NCBI GenBank assembly: GCA_003211555.1
Contig: QCSH01000004.1
Location: forward strand, 25,086-89,085
Direction of reading: 5' to 3'
Length of the DNA stretch: 64,000 nt
From: Pelagibacteraceae bacterium AG-470-G21
GTDB taxonomy: Bacteria; Pseudomonadota; Alphaproteobacteria; Pelagibacterales; Pelagibacteraceae
Shown: one piece after another, positions 30,137-41,415 of the stretch
Layout: each line of letters begins with the position of its first letter
How positions within the stretch are numbered: position 1 is the stretch's first letter
Program-made: the position numbers and the translations under genes
The notes under the pieces: generated by a model
The model's database searches: none
What the model was told of the DNA's origin: nothing
Seen by the model: only the letters and a program-made list of their open reading frames with translations

Positions 30137-31748
30137 GATAATTTTTTGCAGCCTTTATAAATGATTTAAATAATGGGTGTGGTGATAATGGTCTTGATTT
30201 AAATTCTGGATGAAATTGAACCCCAATAAACCAAGGGTGATTTTTTAACTCAATTATTTCTGGCAAATTATTATCTGGGGACATACCTGAAAATATTAAT
30301 CCTTTTTTCTCAAATTTTGATCTTTGGCTGTTGTTAACTTCGTACCTATGTCTGTGTCTTTCATTGATTATTTTTGATTTATAAATATTTTTTATGGCAG
30401 AATTATTTTGCAATTTAGCCTTATAAAGGCCTAATCTCATTGTTCCACCTAAGTTTTTTTCTGAACCTTTAAAAATTTTTCCATTTCTATTCCATTCATG
30501 GATTAATCCAATTACTGGAAAACATTTTTTATCAAATTCTGTTGAACCAGCATTTTTAATATTTAATTTATTTCTAGCATATTCAATGATTGCCATTTGC
30601 ATACCAAAACAAATACCAAAGAAAGGTATTTTTTTTTCCCTTGCATATTTAATAGCTGCAATTTTACCTTCAGTACCTCTTTTACCAAAGCCACCAGGTA
30701 TCAATATACCGGAGACATTGTTAAGTTTTTTACTAATCTCATTTTTTTTTAGTTTATCAGATTCTATTCTAATCAAATTAACTTTAATATTATTAGCTAT
30801 TCCACCATGAGTTAGAGCTTCATCCAATGATTTATATGCATCTTTAAGATTTACATATTTTCCTATAATGCCAATATTAATTATTTCATTATTTTTAAGA
30901 ACAGTAGATGTAATATTTATCCAAGGTTTTAAATTAGGCTTCTTTTTTGATTTTATTTTAAAGTATTTAAGAACTTGTTTGTCTAATTTTTGGTTATAAA
31001 AACTTATTGGTGCTTCATAAATTGTTCTAACATCAACAGTTTCTATAACATTATCAATATCAACATTGCAAAATAAAGATATTTTTTTTCTTTGTTCAAT
31101 TGGTATTGATTGCTCTGATCTACAAATAACAATATCAGGCTGTATACCAATGCTTCTCAATTCTTTAACACTATGTTGTGTAGGTTTGGTTTTTATCTCA
31201 TCAGAAGATTTCATGAAAGGCACTAAAGTTAAATGAACAAATAATGTTTTAGATCTTCCATGGTCATTTGAAAATTGTCTTATAGCTTCCAAAAATGGTA
31301 AACTTTCTATGTCACCTACAGTTCCACCAATTTCACAAATTACAAAATCTTCGTTAGTTATATCTTTGTTAATAAACGTTTTAATCCTATCTGTGATATG
31401 TGGTATAACTTGTACTGTCTTACCTAAATACCCTCCTTCTCTCTCCTTTTTTATTACATCGCTATAAATTTTTCCCGTGGTAATATTATCTGATTGTTTT
31501 GAAGAAATATTTGTAAATCTTTCGTAATGTCCTAAATCTAAATCTGTTTCTGCGCCATCGTCAGTAACAAATACTTCACCATGCTGAAAAGGACTCATCG
31601 TTCCAGGATCAACATTTAAATATGGATCCATTTTTCGTATTCTGACTTTGTAACCCTGGGACTTTAATAGATATGCTAATGATGCTGACGATAATCCTTT
31701 ACCAAGAGAAGATACCACGCCGCCAGTGACAAATATATATCGCGCCAT
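30126..31748 (-). CDS. pyrG: CTP synthase
   Basis: [30 protein letters not shown]. Confidence 0.98.
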   Translation of the reverse strand: MARYIFVTGGVVSSLGKGLSSASLAYLLKSQGYKVRIRKMDPYLNVDPGTMSPFQHGEVFVTDDGAETDLDLGHYERFTNISSKQSDNITTGKIYSDVIKKEREGGYLGKTVQVIPHITDRIKTFINKDITNEDFVICEIGGTVGDIESLPFLEAIRQFSNDHGRSKTLFVHLTLVPFMKSSDEIKTKPTQHSVKELRSIGIQPDIVICRSEQSIPIEQRKKISLFCNVDIDNVIETVDVRTIYEAPISFYNQKLDKQVLKYFKIKSKKKPNLKPWINITSTVLKNNEIINIGIIGKYVNLKDAYKSLDEALTHGGIANNIKVNLIRIESDKLKKNEISKKLNNVSGILIPGGFGKRGTEGKIAAIKYAREKKIPFFGICFGMQMAIIEYARNKLNIKNAGSTEFDKKCFPVIGLIHEWNRNGKIFKGSEKNLGGTMRLGLYKAKLQNNSAIKNIYKSKIINERHRHRYEVNNSQRSKFEKKGLIFSGMSPDNNLPEIIELKNHPWFIGVQFHPEFKSRPLSPHPLFKSFIKAAKNYHEK

Positions 31749-31788
31749 GGAATTATCTTATAGACCTAAAACTTAAAAATTCAAAGTA

Positions 31789-32088
31789 TTAATTATTACT
31801 ATCTGGAACTTTTGGAGCGTCATCAGTTTCCTCTATTTTGTCTAAAACTGATGTTGTGGGAGTTAATTCACCTCTTGAAAGAATCGTTAAACATAAACTG
31901 CATATTATGAATAAAGTAGCAATTATTGCAGTGGCTTTAGTTAAAAAATTACCAGCAGATCTTGAAAGCATAAAATTGTCTTGGGATACTCCAATTCCTA
32001 ACGCCCCACCTTCAGATTTTTGAAATAAAACAAGAATAACTAAAATTGCTGCAAGAATAATATTAATTATTAAAAGTATGTTTTCCAC
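31789..32088 (-). CDS. secG: Preprotein translocase subunit SecG
   Basis: VLFQKSEGGALG, two TM segments; tpiA-secG-pyrG synteny. Confidence 0.92.
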   Translation of the reverse strand: MENILLIINIILAAILVILVLFQKSEGGALGIGVSQDNFMLSRSAGNFLTKATAIIATLFIICSLCLTILSRGELTPTTSVLDKIEETDDAPKVPDSNN

Positions 32089-32093
32089 GAGGT

Positions 32094-32844
32094 TTAATTA
32101 GTTGATTTTTTAATTATATCAATAAAATTTTTTGCTCTCAAAGAAGCACTTCCTATTAAAAATCCTTTTAAATCATTAATCTTTTTTAACTCAGATACAT
32201 TTTTAGAATTTACAGATCCACCGTAGATAATTTTAAATTTTTTGTTTTTTTTTTAATTTATTAACTATTTTGCTTATACCGTTAAAGTTATTTCTAAGTT
32301 CGGGAATTTTTGGTATTTTTCCACTTCCAATAGCCCATCTAGGCTCATATGCGAAAATAATATTATTTATTTTTTTTACATTTTTTAATGCGACTGTTAT
32401 TTGTTTTTTTAACACTTTCAAAGTTATATTATTTTTTTTTTCTTTATAAGTTTCACCAATACAAAAAATTACTTTTAACTTTTCTTTGAGTGCAGATTGA
32501 ATTTTTTTATTTATTATTAAATCGTTTTCCTGATTTCTAATTTCTGAGTGACCAATGATAACATAATCGCATCCTACTGATTTAATTAGTTTAGAGTTTA
32601 CTGACCCTGTAAATGCACCATAATTATTAAGTTGATAAATGTTTTGAGCACCCACTTTAATATTTGTATTTTTCAATTTATTTTTAATTATTGAGATTAA
32701 TGTAAATGGCGGGCAGTAAATTATTTGATTTTTTTTATTTTTTGATATTTTTGAAAATTTAATGGTTTTATTAATGTCGGAGATATGTCTTTTTTCTCCA
32801 TTCATCTTCCAATTAGCTATAAAAATCATATTATTATTTGTCAT
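32094..32844 (-). CDS. tpiA: Triosephosphate isomerase (one extra base in the T10 run at 32245-32254)
   Basis: [22 protein letters not shown]. The shifted frame continues [12 protein letters not shown]...GFLIGSASL to TAA at 32094-32096. Confidence 0.93.
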
Positions 32845-32901
32845 CTAAGATATTTTAATTTATAGGTTTGTTTTTTTATAATCAATATATAAAGAATTAT
32901 C

Positions 32902-34320
32902 ATGATAGGAAAATTAAGAAGTTTTACAAATAGTAAATTAGCGGGTGTCCTAGTAGCTATAATAATCGTTCCTTTCGTTTTTTGGGGAATGGGAAGTGTA
33001 TTTAGCGGTGGGAATACAAATAATATTGCTAAGATAAATAATAATTCAATTTCAACGAAAGACTTCATTGATCATATCAATCGTTCAAGAATTAATCCTG
33101 ATTATATAAAAGAAAATTTAGATAACAATATTTTAGAGAGAATTTTGAATGACCTAATTTCAAAAGATTTGATGTCAATGGAGTATAAAGATTTAAATGT
33201 AAAAGTTTCAGATAGATCATTAAAATTAAATTTACAAAACGAAATAAACTTTCTTGATAAAGACAAAAATTTCTCAAGACTAAAATATGAAAAATTTCTA
33301 TTAGAAAATAATATTATTGCTGCTGAATTTGAAAATAGACTAAAAAATTCAGAATTACAAAAGAGACTATTTGACTATATTGGGGGAGGCATTAAGTCTC
33401 CATATTACTTACAAAATAAAATTTACATAAACGAAAATAAAAAAATAAATATTCAATACTACGATCTTCAAAATGCTTATGACAGAAATGTTTCTGATGA
33501 AGAAATTAACAACTATATAAGTGAAAACGAGGAATCTCTTAAAGAAGCATATATTGATTTTAGTTATACTAAAATCGAACCTTCTGATTTAATAGAAATC
33601 AACCAATTTAATGAAGAGTTTTACAAAAAAATTGACGAAATCGAAAATGATATATTAAATGAAGTTACTTTAGATGATATTGCTAAAAAAAATGAAATAA
33701 CATTACAAAATAGGAGTAATTTTAAATTTTTAAATGAGGAAAATGTTTTAAAAGAAATTTATGAAAATAGAGATAAAAATGAAATAGTTTTAAAGGATAA
33801 AGACAATTACTTTTTACTATATCAGATTACAAAAATAAATAATTTATTACCAAATAAAAATGATTCATCTTTTAAAGATAAAGTTAAAAATAGAATTATA
33901 TTAAAGAAAAAATTTGACCTTAATAAAAATTTATTTGAGAAAATTCAAAATAAAGAATTCAATGATACTGATTTCAATAATTTAGTAAAAAATAAAGAAA
34001 ATATAAATTCAGGTACAATTAATTCAATTACTGATGATAATCTATTTGACGAAACATCTTTAAAGCTTATTTACGAATTGCCAAAAAATAGTTTTGTTAT
34101 GGTATCAAATAAAACCAACAATATATATTTAGCAAAGATTAATCAGATTACTTATGAAAATTTAAAAAACACAAATGAAAGTATTCAAGAATTTTTAGCA
34201 AAAGCAAATATTAATTTGATCGATGATATTTATAGTTCCTATGATACATCACTTAACACCAAGTATGAAGTTAAAATTTTTAATAACAATATAGACCGAA
34301 TAAAAGATTATTTTAAATAA
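32902..34320 (+). CDS. ppiD: PpiD/SurA N-terminal-domain chaperone
   Basis: N-terminal TM IIVPFVFWG, periplasmic helical domain; conserved position between tpiA and trpE. Confidence 0.75.
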   Translation: MIGKLRSFTNSKLAGVLVAIIIVPFVFWGMGSVFSGGNTNNIAKINNNSISTKDFIDHINRSRINPDYIKENLDNNILERILNDLISKDLMSMEYKDLNVKVSDRSLKLNLQNEINFLDKDKNFSRLKYEKFLLENNIIAAEFENRLKNSELQKRLFDYIGGGIKSPYYLQNKIYINENKKINIQYYDLQNAYDRNVSDEEINNYISENEESLKEAYIDFSYTKIEPSDLIEINQFNEEFYKKIDEIENDILNEVTLDDIAKKNEITLQNRSNFKFLNEENVLKEIYENRDKNEIVLKDKDNYFLLYQITKINNLLPNKNDSSFKDKVKNRIILKKKFDLNKNLFEKIQNKEFNDTDFNNLVKNKENINSGTINSITDDNLFDETSLKLIYELPKNSFVMVSNKTNNIYLAKINQITYENLKNTNESIQEFLAKANINLIDDIYSSYDTSLNTKYEVKIFNNNIDRIKDYFK

Positions 34321-35777
34321 TGCTTAATATAAGCCTTAAAAAATTTAAGATTAATCATAAAAAAAAATTAAACCAAATACTCTATTTATCTTTAGATAGT
34401 GACGGTTCTAAAGAAATAATAAATTTAATAAATAATTTTTTTACTGAGAAAAATGCTTTTGTATTTGAGTCAGTTGAAAAAGGATTTATTAAAGGTAGAT
34501 ATACAATTTTTGGAAAAAATCCTGATAAAATTTGGGAATTTAACAATAATATAAGCAAGATATACTTTAATAACAAAGTTAAAATTTTGAAAGGTAGTGC
34601 AAAGAAAAATATAGAAAATGTTATTGAAAGTTTTAAATTTAAAATTCCTAAAGAATTACCCTCAATTAGCTCCATAATATCAGGATACTTTTCATATGAC
34701 ATTATCAGATATCTAGAAAATATTCCTAATAAAAATAGAGACGATTTAAAATTGCCCGATGCTAGAATTATCAGACCAAGAGAACTAATAATACACGATA
34801 ATATAAAAAAGAAATTATATTTTATAATTAATGTTTTTTGTGATGAAAAAATAAATAATTATAAAAATAGGTATGAAGAAATAATTAATCAAATTGAGAA
34901 TTTAATTTTTTTATCTAATTATAATAGTTCATATATAGATAAAATTAATAAAAAAGTAAAAACAAAAGTAAAATCAAATATTTCTAAACAAAAATTTTTA
35001 TCAAATATAAAGAAGGCTAAAAAATATATTAAAATTGGAGACATATTTCAGGTAGTTCTAAGTCAAAGATTTGAAACCAAATTAAGTAAAAACCCAATAG
35101 AAATTTATAAAAAATTAAGGAAAACAAACCCTTCTCCTTTTATGTATTTTTTTAATTTTAAAGATTTTCAGATAATTGGCGCAAGTCCAGAAATACTTGT
35201 TAGGTTAAGAAATAATAAAGTCACGATTAGACCGATTGCTGGAACAAGACCAAGGGGGAAAAATAAAAAACAAGATTTATTTTTTGAAAAAGATTTACTG
35301 AATGACAAAAAAGAGCTGTCAGAACATTTAATGCTTCTTGATTTAGGAAGAAACGACACTGGAAAAGTATCAAAGATTAATACTGTAAAAGTGACTGAAA
35401 GTTTTTCAATAGAAAGATACTCTCATGTCATGCATATTGTATCAAATGTTGAAGGAATATTTAATAATAAATACTCAAAATTTGAAACTATGTTGTCTGG
35501 ATTTCCAGCAGGAACAGTATCTGGGGCTCCAAAAATTAGAGCAATGGAGATAATAGATGAGCTAGAGACAACTAAAAGAAAAGTTTATGCAGGTGGAATT
35601 GGATATTTTTCAGCAAATGGTGAATTTGATACATGTATTGCACTCAGAACCGCAGTAGCTAAAAATAAGAAATTTTATGTGCAATCTGGTGCTGGAATAG
35701 TTGCTGATAGCAAACCACAAAACGAATATCTTGAAACAGTTAATAAAGCAAAGGCTCTATTAAAAGCAATTGAGTAA
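34320..35777 (+). CDS. trpE: Anthranilate synthase component I
   Basis: GDIFQVVLSQR, NPSPFMY, RPIAGT, AGTVSGAPK. Confidence 0.95.
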   Translation: MLNISLKKFKINHKKKLNQILYLSLDSDGSKEIINLINNFFTEKNAFVFESVEKGFIKGRYTIFGKNPDKIWEFNNNISKIYFNNKVKILKGSAKKNIENVIESFKFKIPKELPSISSIISGYFSYDIIRYLENIPNKNRDDLKLPDARIIRPRELIIHDNIKKKLYFIINVFCDEKINNYKNRYEEIINQIENLIFLSNYNSSYIDKINKKVKTKVKSNISKQKFLSNIKKAKKYIKIGDIFQVVLSQRFETKLSKNPIEIYKKLRKTNPSPFMYFFNFKDFQIIGASPEILVRLRNNKVTIRPIAGTRPRGKNKKQDLFFEKDLLNDKKELSEHLMLLDLGRNDTGKVSKINTVKVTESFSIERYSHVMHIVSNVEGIFNNKYSKFETMLSGFPAGTVSGAPKIRAMEIIDELETTKRKVYAGGIGYFSANGEFDTCIALRTAVAKNKKFYVQSGAGIVADSKPQNEYLETVNKAKALLKAIE

Positions 35778-35779
35778 TT

Positions 35780-36343
35780 ATGAAAATAATTTTAATTGAT
35801 AACTATGATAGTTTTACATTTAATTTGTATCACTACATATCTAAGTTTTGTCAAAATGTTGACGTAGTAAGAAATGATAAAATTAATACAACAGAAATAT
35901 TAAAGAAAAAATATAATAAAATTGTGATATCGCCTGGTCCAGGTAATCCTGATCAAGCTGGAAACTGTCTAACAATTGTAAATGAATTGTATCATAAAAT
36001 TCCAATACTTGGAGTTTGTTTAGGTCATCAAATTATAGGTCAAATATTTGGATCCAAGATTATTCAAGCTAAAAAGTTGGTTCATGGAAAAACAAGTAAA
36101 ATCATTTCAAATAATATTGGGATTTTAAAAGGAATACCAAAAATATTTGAGGCAACTAGATACCATAGTTTAATAATCGATAGGAAAACACTCTCTAAAG
36201 ATTTAGAAATTACAGCCATGACTTTAGATGGAATAATTATGGGTGTTAAACATAGAATTTATGATGTTCATGGAGTACAATTTCATCCTGAAAGTATAAA
36301 GACTAAAGATGGTTTAAAAATTTTAAAAAATTTTATTAAATAA
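35780..36343 (+). CDS. trpG: Anthranilate synthase component II
   Basis: IDNYDSFT, SPGPG, GVCLGHQ, QFHPES. Confidence 0.94.
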   Translation: MKIILIDNYDSFTFNLYHYISKFCQNVDVVRNDKINTTEILKKKYNKIVISPGPGNPDQAGNCLTIVNELYHKIPILGVCLGHQIIGQIFGSKIIQAKKLVHGKTSKIISNNIGILKGIPKIFEATRYHSLIIDRKTLSKDLEITAMTLDGIIMGVKHRIYDVHGVQFHPESIKTKDGLKILKNFIK

Positions 36344-37336
36344 ATGGAAAAATATTTAAAAAAACTTGAATTAAGTGAAGATTTAACATTACAGGAAAGT
36401 GTTGATGCTTTTGAAATTTTGATGAATGGACAAGCTAATGATGATGAAATTTATAATTTTTTAACTCTGCTCTCTAAAAAGGGTGAAGTTTCAACAGAAT
36501 TAGCAGGTGGTGTCTCAGTGCTTAGAAATAAAGCGAAAAAAGTTAATGTAGATGACTGCATAGATACCTGTGGAACAGGTGGGGATGGCAAGGATACACT
36601 AAACATATCTACTGCTTCCGCATTATTACTTTCAAGTATGGGTATTAATGTTGCAAAACATGGTAATAAAGCAGTTTCATCAAAATGTGGATCTGCAGAT
36701 GTTCTGGAAGCATTAAATATAAATATCAACTTGGAACCCAAAGATATTGAAAATCAAATTAAAAAAAATCATTTTGGATTTATGTTTGCTCCAAATTATC
36801 ATAGTGCAATGAAATATGTTGGCCCAACAAGGAAAAAAATTGGGAAAAGAACTATTTTTAATATGATTGGACCATTAAGTAGTCCAGCTAATGTAGAAAG
36901 ACAAGTTGTGGGAGTTTTTGATAAAAAGCTACTTGATATATTTGCTGATGCCTTGAAAGATTTAAATATAAAATTTGCATGGATTGTTAATAGCAATGAT
37001 GGTTTAGACGAAATATCACCATATGATAAAACTATCGTTAAACAATTAAGAAATGGGGAAATTAACGAAATGATTATTGACCCTAAAGAATTGAATGTAA
37101 ATGCCGAAGGTTTCGATAAGATAGTTGGAAATGATGCAAAATTTAATTCAGAAAAAATTATAGATATCTTTAAAGGAAATGATGACGATTTTTCTAAAGC
37201 AGTATCATTAAATGCTGCAGCTGGCTTAATTATATCAGAAAGAGAAGATAATTTTAAACATGCCTATGAAAAAGCAAGAGATCATTTGTTATCAGGAAAA
37301 ACATATTTACATTTAGAAAATTTGAGAAATGACTGA
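36344..37336 (+). CDS. trpD: Anthranilate phosphoribosyltransferase
   Basis: DTCGTGGDG, NIST, KHGNKAVSSKCGSAD, GLDE. Confidence 0.96.
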   Translation: MEKYLKKLELSEDLTLQESVDAFEILMNGQANDDEIYNFLTLLSKKGEVSTELAGGVSVLRNKAKKVNVDDCIDTCGTGGDGKDTLNISTASALLLSSMGINVAKHGNKAVSSKCGSADVLEALNININLEPKDIENQIKKNHFGFMFAPNYHSAMKYVGPTRKKIGKRTIFNMIGPLSSPANVERQVVGVFDKKLLDIFADALKDLNIKFAWIVNSNDGLDEISPYDKTIVKQLRNGEINEMIIDPKELNVNAEGFDKIVGNDAKFNSEKIIDIFKGNDDDFSKAVSLNAAAGLIISEREDNFKHAYEKARDHLLSGKTYLHLENLRND

Positions 37337-38120
37337 AAATATATTAGAGAAAATAATTAAAAAAAAAAAAAATAAAATTAAAATTTTAAGAAAAGACGTA
37401 TCAATAAGTTCACTTAATGAAAGGATTATAAATTTTAAAAATTATATAAATTTTAAAGAAAAAATATTGAATAATATAAATCATGATAAAATGTCAATTA
37501 TTGCAGAGATAAAAAAAGCAAGTCCATCAGCTGGTACAATTATTGAAAATTATAATCCTGTTGAAATTGCCAATATATATTTAAAAAATAATGCAACTTG
37601 CTTATCAGTTTTAACTGAAGAAGATTTTTTTTTGGGAAACTTAATTCACATTAATAAAATTAAACAAAAAATAAATTTACCTATTTTATGTAAAGATTTT
37701 TTTGTAGATAAATTTCAAGTCCATCTCTCAAGGAGTTATGGTGCAGATGCTATTTTAATAATTTTAGCAGGCGTTGATGAAAAAACTGCAGATGAGTTAT
37801 ATGAAGAAGCTGAAAAACTTAAAATGTCTGTTATTGTAGAAGTACACACTATTGAAGAGGCGAAAAAATCTTTGAAGTACAAAGATGCATTAATAGGAAT
37901 AAACAATAGAAATTTAAAAACGCTTAAAACAGATATAAATACAACCTATGATATTCATAATATTTTAGTCAATCATAGCGGTCCTTTAATTTCTGAGAGT
38001 GGAATAAAGAACAAAGAAGATATATTAAAAATAGCCTCTAAAACAAAAATAAAAACATTTCTCATTGGTGAATCAATTTTAAAAAATTTAGAAAATAATA
38101 ATATTTTTTCTATTTTATAA
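37329..38120 (+). CDS. trpC: Indole-3-glycerol phosphate synthase
   Basis: IAEIKKASPS, SVLTE, LCKDF, GINNRNL, SESGI. Confidence 0.96.
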   Translation: MTENILEKIIKKKKNKIKILRKDVSISSLNERIINFKNYINFKEKILNNINHDKMSIIAEIKKASPSAGTIIENYNPVEIANIYLKNNATCLSVLTEEDFFLGNLIHINKIKQKINLPILCKDFFVDKFQVHLSRSYGADAILIILAGVDEKTADELYEEAEKLKMSVIVEVHTIEEAKKSLKYKDALIGINNRNLKTLKTDINTTYDIHNILVNHSGPLISESGIKNKEDILKIASKTKIKTFLIGESILKNLENNNIFSIL

Positions 38121-38166
38121 AAAAAGCGTTGAATTTATTAATGTTTTAACGGTTGTTTAATTGAAA

Positions 38167-38202
38167 GAACTTTTATAGAACATTAATGTACACAATTTGT
38201 TC
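38167..38202. promoter_or_regulatory. Two alphaproteobacterial LexA (SOS) boxes
   Basis: GAAC-TTTTATA-GAAC at 38167-38181 (perfect GAAC-N7-GAAC) and GTAC-ACAATTT-GTTC at 38188-38202, directly before the lexA ATG at 38204. Confidence 0.85.
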
Positions 38203-38203
38203 T

Positions 38204-38890
38204 ATGTTAACTAAAAAACAAAAAAACCTACTTTTATTTATCAACAAGAAGTTGAGATCTAGTGGCGTATCCCCGTCATATGAAGAAATGAAAGAGTCAC
38301 TAAATTTAAAGTCTAAATCTGGTATCCATAGACTAATTAGTGCCCTAGAAGAGAGAGGGTTTATCAAAAGATTGGCTCATAAAGCTAGAGCTCTAGAAGT
38401 AATTAAGTTACCAGAAACAGCTTCAGCAAATGATATTTATAACAATTTTTCTCCAAGCGTTATCAAGGGTGGACTTGATGAAAGTTTAAATAGAAATAAT
38501 TCTGATGAGAATGAAATCCCTGTTTTGGGTAAAATTGCTGCAGGTACACCTGTTGAAGCAATTCAAAACGAAGTTTCTCGAATACCTTTACCATCTAATA
38601 TTGAGAAAAATGGAGAATTTTTCGGACTAAAAGTACAAGGAGATTCAATGATAGAAGCTGGGATAAATGATGGTGATACAGTCATTGTAAAAAAAGCTGA
38701 TACAGCTGAAAATGGAAAAATCGTAGTCGCTTTAATTGATGATCATGAAGCAATGCTAAAAAGAATTAGAAGAAAAGGAAAGACTGTAGCTTTGGAAAGT
38801 GCTAATCAAAATTACGAGACAAAAATATTTGGTCCTGATAGAGTAAAAGTTCAGGGTATTCTAGTATCTTTATATAGAAACTTTTCCTAA
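38204..38890 (+). CDS. lexA: SOS repressor LexA
   Basis: MLTKKQ start, [12 protein letters not shown] cleavage site, GDSM Ser, AMLKR Lys. Confidence 0.96.
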   Translation: MLTKKQKNLLLFINKKLRSSGVSPSYEEMKESLNLKSKSGIHRLISALEERGFIKRLAHKARALEVIKLPETASANDIYNNFSPSVIKGGLDESLNRNNSDENEIPVLGKIAAGTPVEAIQNEVSRIPLPSNIEKNGEFFGLKVQGDSMIEAGINDGDTVIVKKADTAENGKIVVALIDDHEAMLKRIRRKGKTVALESANQNYETKIFGPDRVKVQGILVSLYRNFS

Positions 38891-38909
38891 AATAGTCTAA
38901 ATAAATCTG

Positions 38910-40304
38910 ATGAAAACAGTGGCAACTAGATTTGCTCCATCACCAACTGGACCTTTACACATTGGAGGAGTAAGAACAGCGTTGTTCAATTGGCTTTATT
39001 CAAAAAATAAAGGTGGTAGATTTTATCTAAGAATAGAGGATACCGATAAAGAAAGGTCTAAAAAAGAATTCAAAAATCAAATAATAAATTCATTAAAATG
39101 GATAGGAATTAATTATGAGGATGGTGAATACATTCAATCAAATAAAATAGATGATCACATAAATATAGCTAATGAATTATTAAAAAAAGGTTTGGCTTAT
39201 AAATGTTATTGTTCTAGTGATGAAATTGAAGAGCAAAAAAAAAGAGCAAAACAAAAAAAAATACCATATATTTATAATAGAAAATGGAGAGATAAGAATG
39301 AATCAGATGCTCCAAAAGAAATTGATCCTGTAATTAGATTTAAAAGTAAAGTTGAAGGAAAATCTATCTTAAAAGATTTGGTCCAGGGACATATAGAAAT
39401 AGAAAATAATACAATAGAAGATTTTGTTATTCTAAGAGCAGATAGATCACCAACATATAATTTATCAGCATCAGTAGATGATCATTTAATGGGTATGACA
39501 CATATAATTAGAGGTGATGATCATAAAATAAATACATTCAAACAAATTCAGATTTATGATGCATTGAATTGGGAAGTACCATCTTTTGCTCATATACCAT
39601 TAATACACACTATTGATGGAAAAAAACTTTCAAAAAGAGATAATGCATCAACATTAGATGATTACTCTAAAATTGGAATAATGCCTAATGCTCTAAGAAA
39701 CTATCTTCTTAGACTAGGATGGTCATACAAAGATAAAGAAATTTTTGACTTAAATGAAAGTATTAAATACTTCAATTTAGAAGGAATTGGTAAATCACCA
39801 TCAAAATTAGATATTAGCAGGATTTATTCAATGAATGAACACTATATAAAAAATATCGATGAAAATGATCTATTTAATTATTTAAAAACATATTGTGAGA
39901 CTTATAAAGAAAAGATACCTGATTTAGCCCAAAAAAAAATAAAAAATTCGTTACATTTCTTAAAAAATAAAGCAAAGACGCTAGAAGATATTTACAAAAA
40001 TTCAAAGTTTTTAATAAATGATATAGTTCAAATCGACAAAGAAGATAAGAAACTTTTAGACGAAGCAGCTATTAAAATAATTAAATTATTTAGTAGTGAT
40101 ATAAATAAACTTTCAGATTTTACTAGAGAAAAACTAGAATCAGTAATTAAAAACCTAATAAAAAATAATAATACGAATTTTAAAGGAGTTGGACAACCAC
40201 TAAGAATATGCCTTACAGGATCAAAGTTTGGACCAGGTATATACGATATATTGTGCTCTCTTGGTAAAGAGGAAGTTTCAAAAAGATTATCTCAAATAAG
40301 ATAG
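38910..40304 (+). CDS. gltX: Glutamate--tRNA ligase
   Basis: RFAPSPTG-HIGG, KLSKR. Confidence 0.96.
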   Translation: MKTVATRFAPSPTGPLHIGGVRTALFNWLYSKNKGGRFYLRIEDTDKERSKKEFKNQIINSLKWIGINYEDGEYIQSNKIDDHINIANELLKKGLAYKCYCSSDEIEEQKKRAKQKKIPYIYNRKWRDKNESDAPKEIDPVIRFKSKVEGKSILKDLVQGHIEIENNTIEDFVILRADRSPTYNLSASVDDHLMGMTHIIRGDDHKINTFKQIQIYDALNWEVPSFAHIPLIHTIDGKKLSKRDNASTLDDYSKIGIMPNALRNYLLRLGWSYKDKEIFDLNESIKYFNLEGIGKSPSKLDISRIYSMNEHYIKNIDENDLFNYLKTYCETYKEKIPDLAQKKIKNSLHFLKNKAKTLEDIYKNSKFLINDIVQIDKEDKKLLDEAAIKIIKLFSSDINKLSDFTREKLESVIKNLIKNNNTNFKGVGQPLRICLTGSKFGPGIYDILCSLGKEEVSKRLSQIR

Positions 40305-41415
40305 CAAAACATTAGAAGCTTCTTTGCTAGATGATGTAGTTGATCTTAATTCCTCAATAGTTCTATTAACCTGTATTAATTGTTGATTTATAAGTTCAGG
40401 TTTTTTTAATAAATAATTTATTGTTTTATATATTTCATCTGGGTTACATTCTTTTTGTAAAAGTTCAGGAATAATTTCTTTATTGTTAATAATATTTATC
40501 ATGTTAGCAAATTTTATTTTTAAAAATAGCTTAGCTATAAAAAAATTAAGAAAATTCATTTTATAAATTATTATTGAAGGTACACCATATTTACAAACTT
40601 CAAGTGAAACTGTTCCAGACTTAACAATTGCAAAAATAGATTTTTTAATTGTGGCAATTTTTATGTTTTCATTTGAAATAAGATCGACATTTTCTAAATT
40701 ATTTTTTTTTATAATTTGTGATAAATACTCTTTAGAATTTTGAGTTGCATGAAAAATATAATTATACTTAATTTTTTCCTTTCTCATTTTTTTAATAAAC
40801 TCAATAAGAATAGGTACATGTGATTTTAATTCTGATAATCTACTACCAGGAAAAATAGAAATAATTTTATCTTCTAATAAATTATTAATTTCAACCTTTT
40901 CATTATTTGTATTATCTAATATTGGATGACCAACAAATGTATTTTTAAGTTTTTCCTTATCAAAATATTTTTTTTCAAAATTAAATAATAAAAGAATATG
41001 ATCTATGTAAATTTTCATTTTTTTTACTCTACCCTCTCGCCAAGCCCAAACTTTAGGGGGCAATAAAATGAATAGTTTTAATATTTGGTTTTTTTAATTT
41101 AACTATTTTTGATACACGAAGAGTGAAATCAGGACTATCAACACTAAATAAAATATCAGGATTAAAATCTAAAATTTTTTTAACAGTTTCATTAATTTTT
41201 CTTTTTATCTTAAATATATTTAACAATATGTCTGTAAAAGCTATATAAGTAATATCTTTTTGATTGAATATTGACTTAATCCCTATCGAATTTAAATGTT
41301 GACCCCCAACAGCCAAATATTCTATATCTAATTTAGATTTTTTTAATTCTTTAATAACATCTGCAGCTAATCTATCACCGGATGGCTCACCTGTTAAAAT
41401 AAAAATTTTTTTCAT
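40287..41415 (-). CDS. lpxB: Lipid-A-disaccharide synthase (one extra base in the G5 run at 41056-41060)
   Basis: GEPSGD, VDSPDF. The joined frame reads IAPKVWAWREGR, then FVGHP, PGSR, SGTVSLE. Confidence 0.93.
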
